A stretch of 64,000 bases of DNA. Origin: Paragordius varius. Lineage: Eukaryota; Animalia; Nematomorpha. Under the pieces are notes generated by a model. That model was not told the DNA's origin. It ran no database searches and saw only the letters and a program-made list of their open reading frames with translations. The stretch lies in NCBI GenBank assembly GCA_964247055.1, contig OZ176053.1, positions 4,092,001 through 4,156,000 of the forward strand, written 5' to 3'. Below, piece by piece: positions 11,070 to 22,600 of the stretch. A program made the position numbers and the translations under genes. Each line of letters begins with the position of its first letter. Within the stretch, counting starts at the first letter, position 1.

Positions 11070-13536
11070 ATGAAATCGTTGAATGTTTTCAATAAATTTG
11101 GATTATTCATTGACATCGATGGTGTTATCATACGAGGGAGAGAAACTATACCTTCTGCAAAAGTAGCATTTGAAAAATATTTGAATCCATTTCATATCAA
11201 TCATATATTTTTGACTAATTCGGGGACAAGTTCTTTAAATCATAAGGCGGAGTATCTATCACAATGTTTGCGCCAGAAAGTATTTTTTATTTAATATGAG
11301 ATTAATTCTTCTCATATAGTAATGAGTTATTCACCACTCTTACTATTTAGAAATTTCGTCCAACGACATGCGTTAATATCAGGTCAGGGATCCTTAACTC
11401 AAATAGCTCGAGAGTAATAGATATTTAAGATTTAGTTTAGGGTTTAAGAATGTCGTAACTGTTGATCAAATCTGCGAAAAATATCCCTTGCTTGACATGA
11501 TTGCTAATAAAAATCGTGAACATAAAGTTGATTTTAATTTAATTAATTTTTGATAGGTGACGCTCATTCAATAATCCCGAAAATTGAAAGTAATTTTTTG
11601 TAATAATATCAATATAAGCCATAATTTTATTTGGTGAACCAACAAATTGGGAAACCAGCTTTCAAATTATGCTTGATGTTTTGTTAACCGATGGATATAT
11701 TGATAAAAAATTTGACTTATTTCCTTACCCTCATATACCGATTATTTCTTGCAATGCAGATTTTTTATGGATGGCTCAGTGGAAAAATCCTAGGTGAGGG
11801 CATAAATAGCATTTAATAAGGACATTTTTTATTGGAGTTTATTCTAAAACATTTATTTTTATGCTTCCATATTTTAAAAATTAATAGAATATTCGGACTC
11901 TTTTAATTTTTTTATACTTGTGTTAATTTTTTAAAATATTATTTTAAGATTTCATCTTTTATCCTAAACCCATTTTATCCTAGTTAATATACGAAATAAT
12001 GATTAACTGAGCTTTTAGATTCCAACAGTATGTGAATTTCGAAACATAATGTTATTACAGTAGTAATTGACTGTACATCTAATTGTCGATAAATTAAAGA
12101 CACAATTCCTTATCAAAATTTTTGTTTTTAGGGAATGTATAATAAAACTAACCATTAAACTTTTTGGAATTTTTTATAAACCCTAAATTTTCCATAACGC
12201 AGATTAAATTATTAGAACCATTATAATTTGATAAAAAGTACCATGAAGACTTACAATAATATATTTTGCCGCATGATACTCATTTACTTTATTTAAATAT
12301 TTTTTTGAAATTTTTTATTTATTTTAGGGTGGGACAAGGAGCCTTTATTCATTGTCTGGAAGCGTTATATAAGGTAATTATATAATATAATATTTAAATA
12401 ATATATTTTCTATATGCCAACAATGTTCAATAAAAAACTTTCAAAATAAGATTTAATCGGGGAATTCATTAATAAAAAATATTTTAACATAATTGATAAA
12501 TTTCAATATTTAAGACAATAAAAATTTTTATTAATTTTAGAAATTAACTGGGCAGGATCTTGTATATGCTACATTATTAGGCAAACCGAATGAATTAAAT
12601 TATTTGGTTGCTGAAAAACTTTTACTTAATAATGCAAATTATGTGGATGCTCTTCATGACATTCAAACCATATATGCTATTGGGTAATTATTTCTATAAT
12701 TTGTTGTAAAATTGTTCAAATATAATTTTTTTTATTATGTCACCAATAATTGCATTTGATTTATATATTTTTTTAGGAATTCGTTGGTTTAATACAAATT
12801 GAAGCACAAATTTTAATGAATATTTTAACTAAAAGAAGTTAATGCGTTTATATATATCAAGGATTATGAATTGAAAAATTAGTTGACTTTTAAATAGAAA
12901 TTTATAAGAAATTTCTGCAAAAGAATAATAGCAGTGGAACTTTTAAATGTATTTTCTAATCATAATAAAAATTTATCTTTAAGTTTTTTTTGCATACAAA
13001 AAAACTAACAAAATTTGCGGCTATTGAGTTAATTATTTACAATTTTTTAATGTATTTTCTTTTCGTAAAGGAAAATATTTTTCAAAATTCAGACTTATAT
13101 CATCGGCATTTTTCTCGATTAAAAGAATGAAATTAAATTAACTATTCATTAACCGTAGTAATATAGAATTAACTCTCAAATAAAATTTTGATTGGACACA
13201 TGTCCTTGATTTTCTTTCACCATTTATATAAAGTTAAGCCTTTTTATAAAAAAAATAGGTTTACTTGAAATAGTTACATTCATTTTATTTATTTAAGTAC
13301 AGTAGTTACAATAATTCCAACATTACATGAATAAAAAATATATTATTTATAATTTTCGTTTAATATTTTATAATTATGTCTAAATACTTCCTTTATAAGC
13401 ACGTGAAACTTATAAGGTTATCTTTATTCAATTACATTTATATAGTATTTTAAATAGTAAAGTAGCGAATTCGGAGTTTTTGATAAAACAATTATTACAT
13501 TTAATTTTTCAAAAACTGCTATTAGTTTACCTTAAC

Positions 13537-13584
<48 letters not shown>

Positions 13585-14396
13585 TAATATTGAATCCGAT
13601 ATCATGGGTGGTAATGTATATAATGATTTGCTAAGCAAGAAAGCTCAAACAATCAGAGAATTAAAACAAAGTAACAACAATGCGGAAAATGCATATTCAT
13701 ACCAACATGTTTTAAATAAAAAATCTTATGCACCATACGTGGATTGGGATACTTTGCAAGTAAGTCTGATTGCGTTTTTTTAACAAAATCTTTTTACCTC
13801 TAAATATGGGGAAAATTTTTTTATAAAAGACCTTAAACGATTAACATATCTTGTTACGTATATATTAATATATGTGTGCTTTTTTACATTATAAGCCTAT
13901 TTTTGGTTTTTCAAATTTACCTTTTGAAACAATTTATAAAGCTTTTTACGGATTAAAATATTTTTTACGAATAGGTTAGTTAATATTAGAATAATCTTTT
14001 ACAATGATGACGAAGCATATTACATTTATAATTACACTGGCCTTAAAATTTTTACATAATTTATATGATTTTGTGTTATTTTAACGTTTGATATTACATT
14101 TATTACGCAAAGTGTTAAAATACTACATAATTTTAATAATCTATACAATTGTTTAAAAAAATTTTCTTTCGTCTTAGGAAGTTAATAAAAGTTCTGTTGT
14201 CAAATGCGAAACAATCTTGGTTCAAACAGGAGTCTACCATTCCGAATTAGATGAAGAACGGGAGAAGGCAGATCGTGTTTCTTATACTCACAAAGATTTT
14301 AGTCATTTACCCAAAACTTTCAAAAAACCTAAACATATAGTTAAGGATTTTAAAGAAGCCGTTGAATTAATACTCGAACTTGAAAAAAATGCATAA
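11070..14396 (+). CDS. HDHD5: HAD-superfamily hydrolase subfamily IIA, HDHD5/CECR5-like (multi-exon)
   Basis: Motif I FIDIDGV; LTNSG; SGQG; IILFGEPTNWE; LLGKP; motif IV IG|DNIESDIMGGN; C-terminal ILVQTGVY...HKDF...P. ATG at 11070, TAA ends 14396. Introns include 11280-11300 (21 nt), 11414-11435 (22 nt) and 11590-11618 (29 nt). Confidence 0.9.
13541..13580. repeat. (TA)20 microsatellite abutting an HDHD5 splice acceptor
   Basis: Pure TA run 13541-13580; the acceptor AG is 13580-13581. Confidence 0.9.
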
Positions 14397-15049
14397 AATC
14401 TATTTATTTTTGTTTTGTAAATTTTTTTACTGTTGATTGATTTTGACTGTTCTATATGTTAATAGCAAATAGTGTGGGATTGAAAGTTTGACTGTATAAT
14501 TTGTTCTTAAACTTAAAACTATGCCTTCTATATTAATTTTTATATGGTGTGTCGCTAACGATATCAGCTTACAACATTTTTTAATATTTTATAATGTATT
14601 TATATCACAAGAGCGCAATATAAATTATAGGTTTTAATATATTTATTTATTGTAAATACGAATGGTATATAGGGATAGAATGTATTCAATAAATTAATAT
14701 ATATGCTAATTTGTGGTGACTATTTATTTATCATTGACCAACAATGGAAAATCAAAATGGGACATGGCATCACTGGTAGACATCTATAATTTAATTTTAG
14801 TAGAATATCATATATTTGATAAAAAATATTTATCATACCTAAAGCGCCCTGTTTAGATCTTTCTTATACCATTTTATTTATTCTCTTTATTTTCTATTTT
14901 AAGGTGATTCAACTTAATTTTATTTTAAAAAATAAATATTCAATTTTGTTGTTAACTTATGATTGATAACCGTTAATGTGTATTTAGATGCTAGACTATA
15001 GAAGGTCAAACCAATTATTAACGGGTCTAAAACTTAAACATAACTCTGA

Positions 15050-16639
15050 TTATAACAATATTCTTACAACAAAAAAGGTGAATTGTAAAAAATATATAAA
15101 ACTTACTTTATTTTGAGAATTTATTTTTGGATTTTGACTCATGTCCGGTTTCATAATTTTTGAATTTTGGTAATGTGATTGCGCAGATTCATTTGCCTTT
15201 TTTTGATGCGGTTTCGTTGGTTCTTTGTTGTTTTCTATGGGTTTACCATCAAGACCAACTATTAATTTTGTCGGGTCAAACGCTTTTTTAAACCGTTTTC
15301 GATGGTGATGATGACCATTTTCTATATTTTGATTAGTTGGATCCTTAGGTATGGGATTTATTTTAACAGTGCTAGCACTTGTTTTTAACCATCCATCACT
15401 TTCTGTAAAATATTGCAATTGTTTGATGGGTTCTACCTGGACATATGCATTTGTTTGATTTTCGTTTTCAAAAGTACTTGTTGGAATTGTTTTTATTGTT
15501 ACAGCATTTTGGTGTGGAGATAAAAAGGGTTTATTTTGTTTTTTCCCTACGGTAGTTGTATTTAACCATTCGTCATTATTGTCGTCCTGTCCCATATCGA
15601 TTGTAACACTTTCGTTTATTATATTTGGTTTTAGCTGTATTTTATTTTTTAAACTCTCAATCATGACCAATAAATCATTACTAGTAAGACTTGAATCTTG
15701 AGGACAATATTGCGTTAAATTTATGGAAAGAATTGCACAACTAATATTTGATTCAGATATTGATACGGAACGATTATTCCATTCTTTAGCAAACCTTTTT
15801 TGAAACTCTGATAATTCTTTAGAATCATAATCTATGAGGTAATGCAAGGAGGAAGGTGTTTGGCCAGTTTGTGTCAAACTTACAACATTATCCAAATTTT
15901 CTACTAAACATACATTACCCTTGGCTGATGATATGATTTGCTGATATTTGGAATACTGTTCGTTTGAAATAAAGGCAAAGCACACGCCTTTAAAAAGCTT
16001 AGTTCTTTGTGAATGGGGATTCAGATTAAAATTTAGTAAAGATGTATCTACTATGGAGGGTAAATATGGATCAGCAAAAAATAATGGCTTTGTAAGAGGG
16101 TTTTTATTAACCTTGAAGTCAAGAAATATTTGTAACAAATCTTTGAAAAATATAGAAGTAACGATTGGTTTTGCTGTGACTAAAGCAGACAGCACCTTGG
16201 GTGTTATTTTTAAATGTGGCATTACCAAAAAGTCACAAAACTTACCCTCAAAAAACCAATTATCATGGATAGTGATACCCAATTTGTTGCAATTAGATTT
16301 TAATTCGTTGATTTCCTTACTACAAGTTAAAAGTGATGTTGTAACATGGAAACAAAATTGAGTAAATTTAAATGTTGCATTTTGAATACCGAATGTAATA
16401 AGATCATTTGATTTTAATTGATACTGAGATATTTTCTCTCCCCTGATATAGGTGCCATATTTGGATGAATCCTTAATAAAATATTTGCCGTTTTCCAAGA
16501 AAATTTTTGCATGTACTCTCGATATTGACGCATCTTTTTCGATTACAATATCGTTATCTTTTCGTCCAATTTCATATTCATACACCTGAGGAATCAAGGG
16601 ATATTTAGTTTTTAAACTTATATTTTCCGCCAACCACAT
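15050..16639 (-). CDS. NBN: Nibrin / NBS1 (FHA, tandem BRCT, MRE11-binding motif)
   Basis: First ATG at 16639 gives MWLAE...EYEIGRK (the ORF-track start at 16651 is TTG). FHA ISRVHA; BRCT1 LVMPHLKITPKVLSALVTAKPIV; BRCT2 RTKLFKGVCFAF; RKRFKK resembles NFKKFKK. A strong donor GTAAGT at 15106 means the true 3' end is probably a further exon (candidate 14724-14783). Confidence 0.9.
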   Translation of the reverse strand: MWLAENISLKTKYPLIPQVYEYEIGRKDNDIVIEKDASISRVHAKIFLENGKYFIKDSSKYGTYIRGEKISQYQLKSNDLITFGIQNATFKFTQFCFHVTTSLLTCSKEINELKSNCNKLGITIHDNWFFEGKFCDFLVMPHLKITPKVLSALVTAKPIVTSIFFKDLLQIFLDFKVNKNPLTKPLFFADPYLPSIVDTSLLNFNLNPHSQRTKLFKGVCFAFISNEQYSKYQQIISSAKGNVCLVENLDNVVSLTQTGQTPSSLHYLIDYDSKELSEFQKRFAKEWNNRSVSISESNISCAILSINLTQYCPQDSSLTSNDLLVMIESLKNKIQLKPNIINESVTIDMGQDDNNDEWLNTTTVGKKQNKPFLSPHQNAVTIKTIPTSTFENENQTNAYVQVEPIKQLQYFTESDGWLKTSASTVKINPIPKDPTNQNIENGHHHHRKRFKKAFDPTKLIVGLDGKPIENNKEPTKPHQKKANESAQSHYQNSKIMKPDMSQNPKINSQNKVSFIYFLQFTFFVVRILL

Positions 16640-16689
16640 GGAAAAAGTCAATATTCACACAACCATATGTCAAAAGCGCTTCTTTCAAA
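16640..16689. promoter_or_regulatory. 50-bp interval between divergent start codons (putative bidirectional promoter region)
   Basis: NBS1 ATG (minus, 16639) and NuMA-like ATG (plus, 16690). Confidence 0.6.
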
Positions 16690-19600
16690 ATGAAAAATTT
16701 AAACTGCCTATTGGAATGGGTTAATACATTAAATGATAAAAATTATGAATCGCTTAAGAGTTTTTTCCATGATTTTGATTCAATGTCAGATATAATGAAT
16801 ATTGACATTAAAAGCTTTTCCGATATATTGAATGATTTGGAAAGTATTTTCAAAATTATTTTTAGATTTGTTACAAAATAAAATTTTCGATATAGATCCC
16901 ATTGAACTAAATGAAACCCATTATGCAAAGGTATTTTTTGTTAACATTTTAGCTGTTAATGATACTGACATATAGTTTGTTGAATGGTTCAAATAAAAAA
17001 TTCTACATGGAATCCACTTATAAATTAAACCGAATAAATCAAAGTATAATGGCTCATATGTTGCAAGATACATTTAAATATATAAGAAGTTGTCAATTAC
17101 AAAGTATGAAATATTTGAAATTCATTAGATATTGATAAAATTTTAGAATTTGATTATAAAGTCAAAACACCTCCACGTAAATCTCGTAAAAGTGGTCACA
17201 GATACTCTAAAAACAAAAATAATTTAAAATTTTATGGTAAACCACCATCAATAAAAATCACAACAACTTTTGATGATCAATCGGGAGCATTGATTGAAAT
17301 GAAAGTAATTTTATATTGTTTTATATATATAATTTATAATATATTAAAAATTTTCCCTAAATATTGAATTAATTTTAAACGGTGTTTTTGGATTATTTAA
17401 ATAAAATTTGATATTCTACTTTTTAGGCACAAATAAAAAACTTATTGGCCAAATTAAAGTCATTGCAACAACAATACGACAATGTGGACGCAGAAAAAAT
17501 GGATTTGGCCTATAAGATCGAAGATTTGACCAATATTATTTGCAATCTGAGTATATATTGTATTTCGGTTAATTTATAAGTATAATTTATAAAATATCAA
17601 AAAATATTTTAGTTTTTATTACAATATTGGTTTCATTTTGATGTTCATTTTATATAGTAAAATAAAATGATAAATCATAAACGTGAAGACTAATATTTTA
17701 AAATATGTGATTTGCTATTGTAAAAGGTTTAATTCGCTCACCCGAATCTCATATCCTTATTTTGCCCAAAACGATAATAAGTTAGATAAAAAAATTAATA
17801 TTTAACGTAAAAATATGGATAATTATATTAAAAAAATATTATTTACATTCCTTTTAATTTCAATTTTTTTGGATATAATAAAAACATTTTAGGGGAAGAA
17901 ATCAAAGTCAAGACAAAAGATTTGGCCACGGTCCACGAATTTTATATGGAAAATGTTGAAAATCTACAATCTAACTTAGCCGATCAAAACACTGTAAAAG
18001 AAAAATTAGAGCAACGAATATCCATATTGGAAATGACGGAATCAAATTTAAAGGATAAAATAAAAGACATAAACGCTGAATATCAGAACTCTATCGCAGA
18101 CTACACGAAACAAATCAACGACATTGAACAAAAATATCAAACAGGTATACCATTATTATCAAATCTAAATAATTTGGCTATAATGCGATATTTATTAAGA
18201 AATAAATATAATTTTATATCAAAAGCGAAAATTATTATTTTTGATTTTATCTCTTTATAAGTGTATCATATTGTTATAGTCAAATTAATTATAATCATGC
18301 GAAACGTGGTTGTTATTAATTATGATTATTATATAATAATGAAGTGTTATTATTAGCTATTTCCTTATTTATATAAATATTTTTTAGAAAAATCGGAATA
18401 TAAGATGACTTTAACCAATCTAATCGGCGAATCTGAAAACATGAGATTACAAAACGTAAATTTGACACATGATTTAAACGAACTTGGTGCTATTAAAATA
18501 GATCTTGAATCCCAAATTAATATAATGCGTGCTAATAAGGTAATAATTTTTCTCTTCTTCTATCAATAACAATTTATATAAAAAATGCTAAATATTTAAT
18601 TAATAGGCTCTAAATGAAGACAAACTTCTAGTAAAAGAAAGAGAAAATTGCCAGCTAAATGAACAAATTCAATTGATAACTGATACCAATTTGGTGTTGG
18701 AAAAAGAGCTTCAACATATCCGGCTAAATTGTGATAAAATTAGCCAAACTCTTCATTTGAGAGAGAATGTAATAAAAAACTTGGAAATCGAAATTTCACA
18801 AAGTATTTACGCTTTAAACTTCCTATAATTATATAATTTATAAAGTTTAGAGTTGGGATTAAATATTATTTTTGTGGAATCGAAACCATATGCTTCTGTT
18901 ATCAAAACTTGATAAACCACAAAAAATTGAAACACGGTTCCGATATGTATAAAAGTTTAAGTTTATAACTTTAATTTATTTTTAACCTTAGCTTTATGGA
19001 TTAAAATGTATAAATTTGGTAAAATCACCCCGCCCCTGCCCAAAAAATGTTATATCATATAGTCTTATTGGGTGCTTAAATTACTCGTTTAATATTATTA
19101 TATATGATAAAATATAGATAATCATCTGTTTGGCGCATTCGTTTTTGGCATTTATTTTTCTTGTAGGCCGTTAACTCCCGATTTTTTGTCTTTAAAATTC
19201 ATTTCTTATTCCATCATTTTAAAAAATTTAGGTAACTCAATACATACTAATAGTTCTTTAAATTTGACACTCTATACAGTGGACATCCCTCTTTTAATGA
19301 GCTTTTCTAAAAACAATTAACAACGTCTTATTTTTTAAGTTATAATTGTTCAAACTGGGTATTATGTTAAGCCAAAAATAATCAAATAAATAATTTACCA
19401 TTATTATATATATATATATATATATATATTATCTCAATTGGGTCTATAATACTATTTATTCTAATAAATATTTATGAAATTAGTATTATTTATTTTAAAA
19501 AAAAGGTCGTGATGTATGTTTTATGAAGCAAAATTTATGTAGAATGCCTATTTTATTAATTTTTTAACATATATTTATATAGAGAATGAACAGTTAAATA

Positions 19601-22600
19601 GTAAAACTACAGAATTCATTTCATTGCAAAAAGTGTCTGAAGAAAAGGCAAATCTTTTGCAATCATCTTTGGATGAACAATACTTAATGAAAGAAAAATG
19701 TGTACAGAAAATAAAAATGCTGGAAGTTTCGGAAATAAATTTACAAAATACCGTCGAGAAATTAAAAACTAATCTTTGTGATACCACAACAAATTTAAAC
19801 CAAAAAATTAAAACCCTACAAGATAAACATGATGAAGGTATATTATCCCATTATTATATACTCATTTAATTCTTATAAAAACTGGGGGCGTCCTGCATGA
19901 TATATCTTGATATTTTTTGTTCATATAAAACCATTTATTATAATTATTAAAAAAAATTAATTCTTTGGTTTTTTCTTAGAAAAGTGTCAACGAATAAATT
20001 TATATATACCAACTTTATTAATATAACGATGGATCAAATATCCTTAGTTTATATTACATTAATCTATTTATAATCGAAGTTTTAGAATAAAAATATTTAA
20101 ATTATTTATGTTTATATAACAGAAATAGCAAATTACAATGCCAATATTGTTGACCTAACCCATAAATCTGAAAGTCTTACGTTACAAAATGCAAAATTAA
20201 CGGAGGAAATCTCGGATCTTAAAAACGATAAAGTCAAAAATGAACGTCAGAGAGAGATATTAAAATCTGATAAGGTATGTATAAAACCTAAATAGTTTGT
20301 TTTATCGGGTAATAAGCGAATGATTTTTTTACATTATTTTCCAATAAAAGCGGAAAAAACGAAAAGGTATATTTTAATTATATTTATAATCTAATTTTTA
20401 TATACAATAAGTTAATTAACGTAAGATAATCTAATTTTTTTATAGGATTTAGCGGAAAATAAATTGTTGCAAAAAGAGAAAGAAAATTTAGAAGCCATTG
20501 AAAACATTGTGTCTTTAACGAATGCCAAATCACTGTTAACAAAAAGATTGGATGAATTAACATTTAAGTATGAGGGGATAGAGAAGTCTTTATTTACAAA
20601 GGAGGCAATACTGCAAAAGTTGGAAAATCAACTTCAACAAAGTTATACCTTTATTTTGTTAATCACAAATTTTACACATATTATTTCCATATTAATTATT
20701 TTATTTTCTTAAATCTTTTTGCAAAGGTTTGTAAATAATATGGTTTTGATTTAAACAATATTTTACTATAAAACACGAAAAATCCATTCTTTCAATCTAT
20801 TTTCTTTAAAAGGCTAGTACCATCACTATATAATATATATATATATATATATAACATAAACCCAATACATATATTAATATTATCGGGTTATTATTTCTGT
20901 ATTAATTTACAAAATATTTTTAGTATATTAATATTAATATATTTCAAAGATAGTCATTCTTTAACCAATGATATTATTAATAATACAGTTTATAGTCTTT
21001 TTTCCTTTTTTTATCAAATGTTAAGATCTTAAACCTATCACCCTTTGAAAAACCCTCAAGACTCGCCTGCCCAGGGTTGGCAATGGTGATAAAAAAACTG
21101 CGTAGTTTTTAATATGTAGTTATAAAAGAAACGTAGTTTATTATTTTAAACAAGGCCAATATTTTATGCAAATATTGATTCAAAATTTAACGAAAAAAAA
21201 TTTATTTAATTCTCGCGATACATTTAGATGAGGAACAATTACAAGAAAAAATGGAAGAACTGTCTAACCTCACTGACCTTTATGGACAAAAAGTTAAAGC
21301 ATTAGAAGAGGCCTATGATTTACAAGACACACTTAAAGAGCAATTTGAACAAAAAATTAGTGGGTTGGAAACGTCTAAAATGCATTTGGACCAAAAATTA
21401 AAGGAAATGACTGATCAGTATGTTCAATCTAGAGCTCAATATTCGGAAAAATTGGAATCAATTCAAGATCAACTTAGAATAGGTAAAAAATATATTATAT
21501 ATTGCCATTATTTTAAACATGTTTTCCCTATAAAATTTTATGTAATTAGTAATAATTATATAAATTTATGATATATAGTTAAAAAATAAATGATTAACTA
21601 ATAATTTATGCGAAAATTCAGTGATAGATTTAGCGGTTTAACTCAACCAAATTATATTATTGGTTGGTGATTAACTTGTTATAGTTATTTGTTAATTGAT
21701 GAAAATTAGAATGGCAGAACTCACATTAAAACTAAACAACTTTTAAAAGTATTTTCTACAATATTACAAAAAGTACATAAATAGCAGAAATAATGATATA
21801 ATATTATTATATAGGCAATAATTCAGCAAAAATTATATAAATTTATTATGATATTTCGATTACTACAAGTAATCTTTGTCAAACGTAAAAATAAAATTAT
21901 ATAAACTATTATATAATTTTTGCTGAATTATTGCTATAATAATACAATCACACTTCAGCGTAAACAATATCCAATGATATAATAATTAAAACATATTTTT
22001 TCAAGATAATTATTCACAAATAATCCGTTTATTTCTAAATTATGTGACTTTATATCAAAAGATAAATGTAATTAAAAAAAACATTATATTTATTTTTAAT
22101 CACAGCGTCCTAATTTGTACAAATAATTATATTTATATATCAAAAATTAATATATTTTTTATCAATGCATTTAGACGAGGAACAATTACAACAAAAAACA
22201 AATGAACTGTGTAAACTTAATGATCTTTATGAAGAAAAGATAAAAGCGTTAGAAAAATCCAATCTTTTTCAAGCGACTACTCTAAAAGAGCAATATGAAC
22301 AAAATATTTGTGCGTTGGAAAGGTCCATAACGCATTTAGAAGAAAAACTGAGAGAAATGACCGCTGAATATGATACATCTACAACGCATTATATTGAAAA
22401 AATTAAGTTGATGCAAGATCAACACCAAATAGGTAATGGGAATATAATTATATTGTGTTGTACTTAGGGTTGTGCTGACCAAGTCATGACCTGGTCAATT
22501 GACCGGGTCATGACCAGGTCAGTGACTATTTATTTTTTGACCATGGTCATTTTAGCTGTTTTTTGAAAAATTGCTGGTAATTTTTTTGGAAAAATAGCAA

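Noticed and set aside
15050-15106. Hydrophobic C-terminus of the NBS1 ORF (VSFIYFLQFTFFVVRILL) as a membrane anchor
   Set aside because: It begins exactly at a GTAAGT donor and is translated intron. The hydrophobic tails of many ORF-track entries have the same cause.
15948-16361. 137-aa plus-strand ORF
   Set aside because: Antisense shadow of the NBS1 exon. The same applies to ORFs opposite ADAM10, KCTD, DOCK, PAXBP1 and the NuMA exons.
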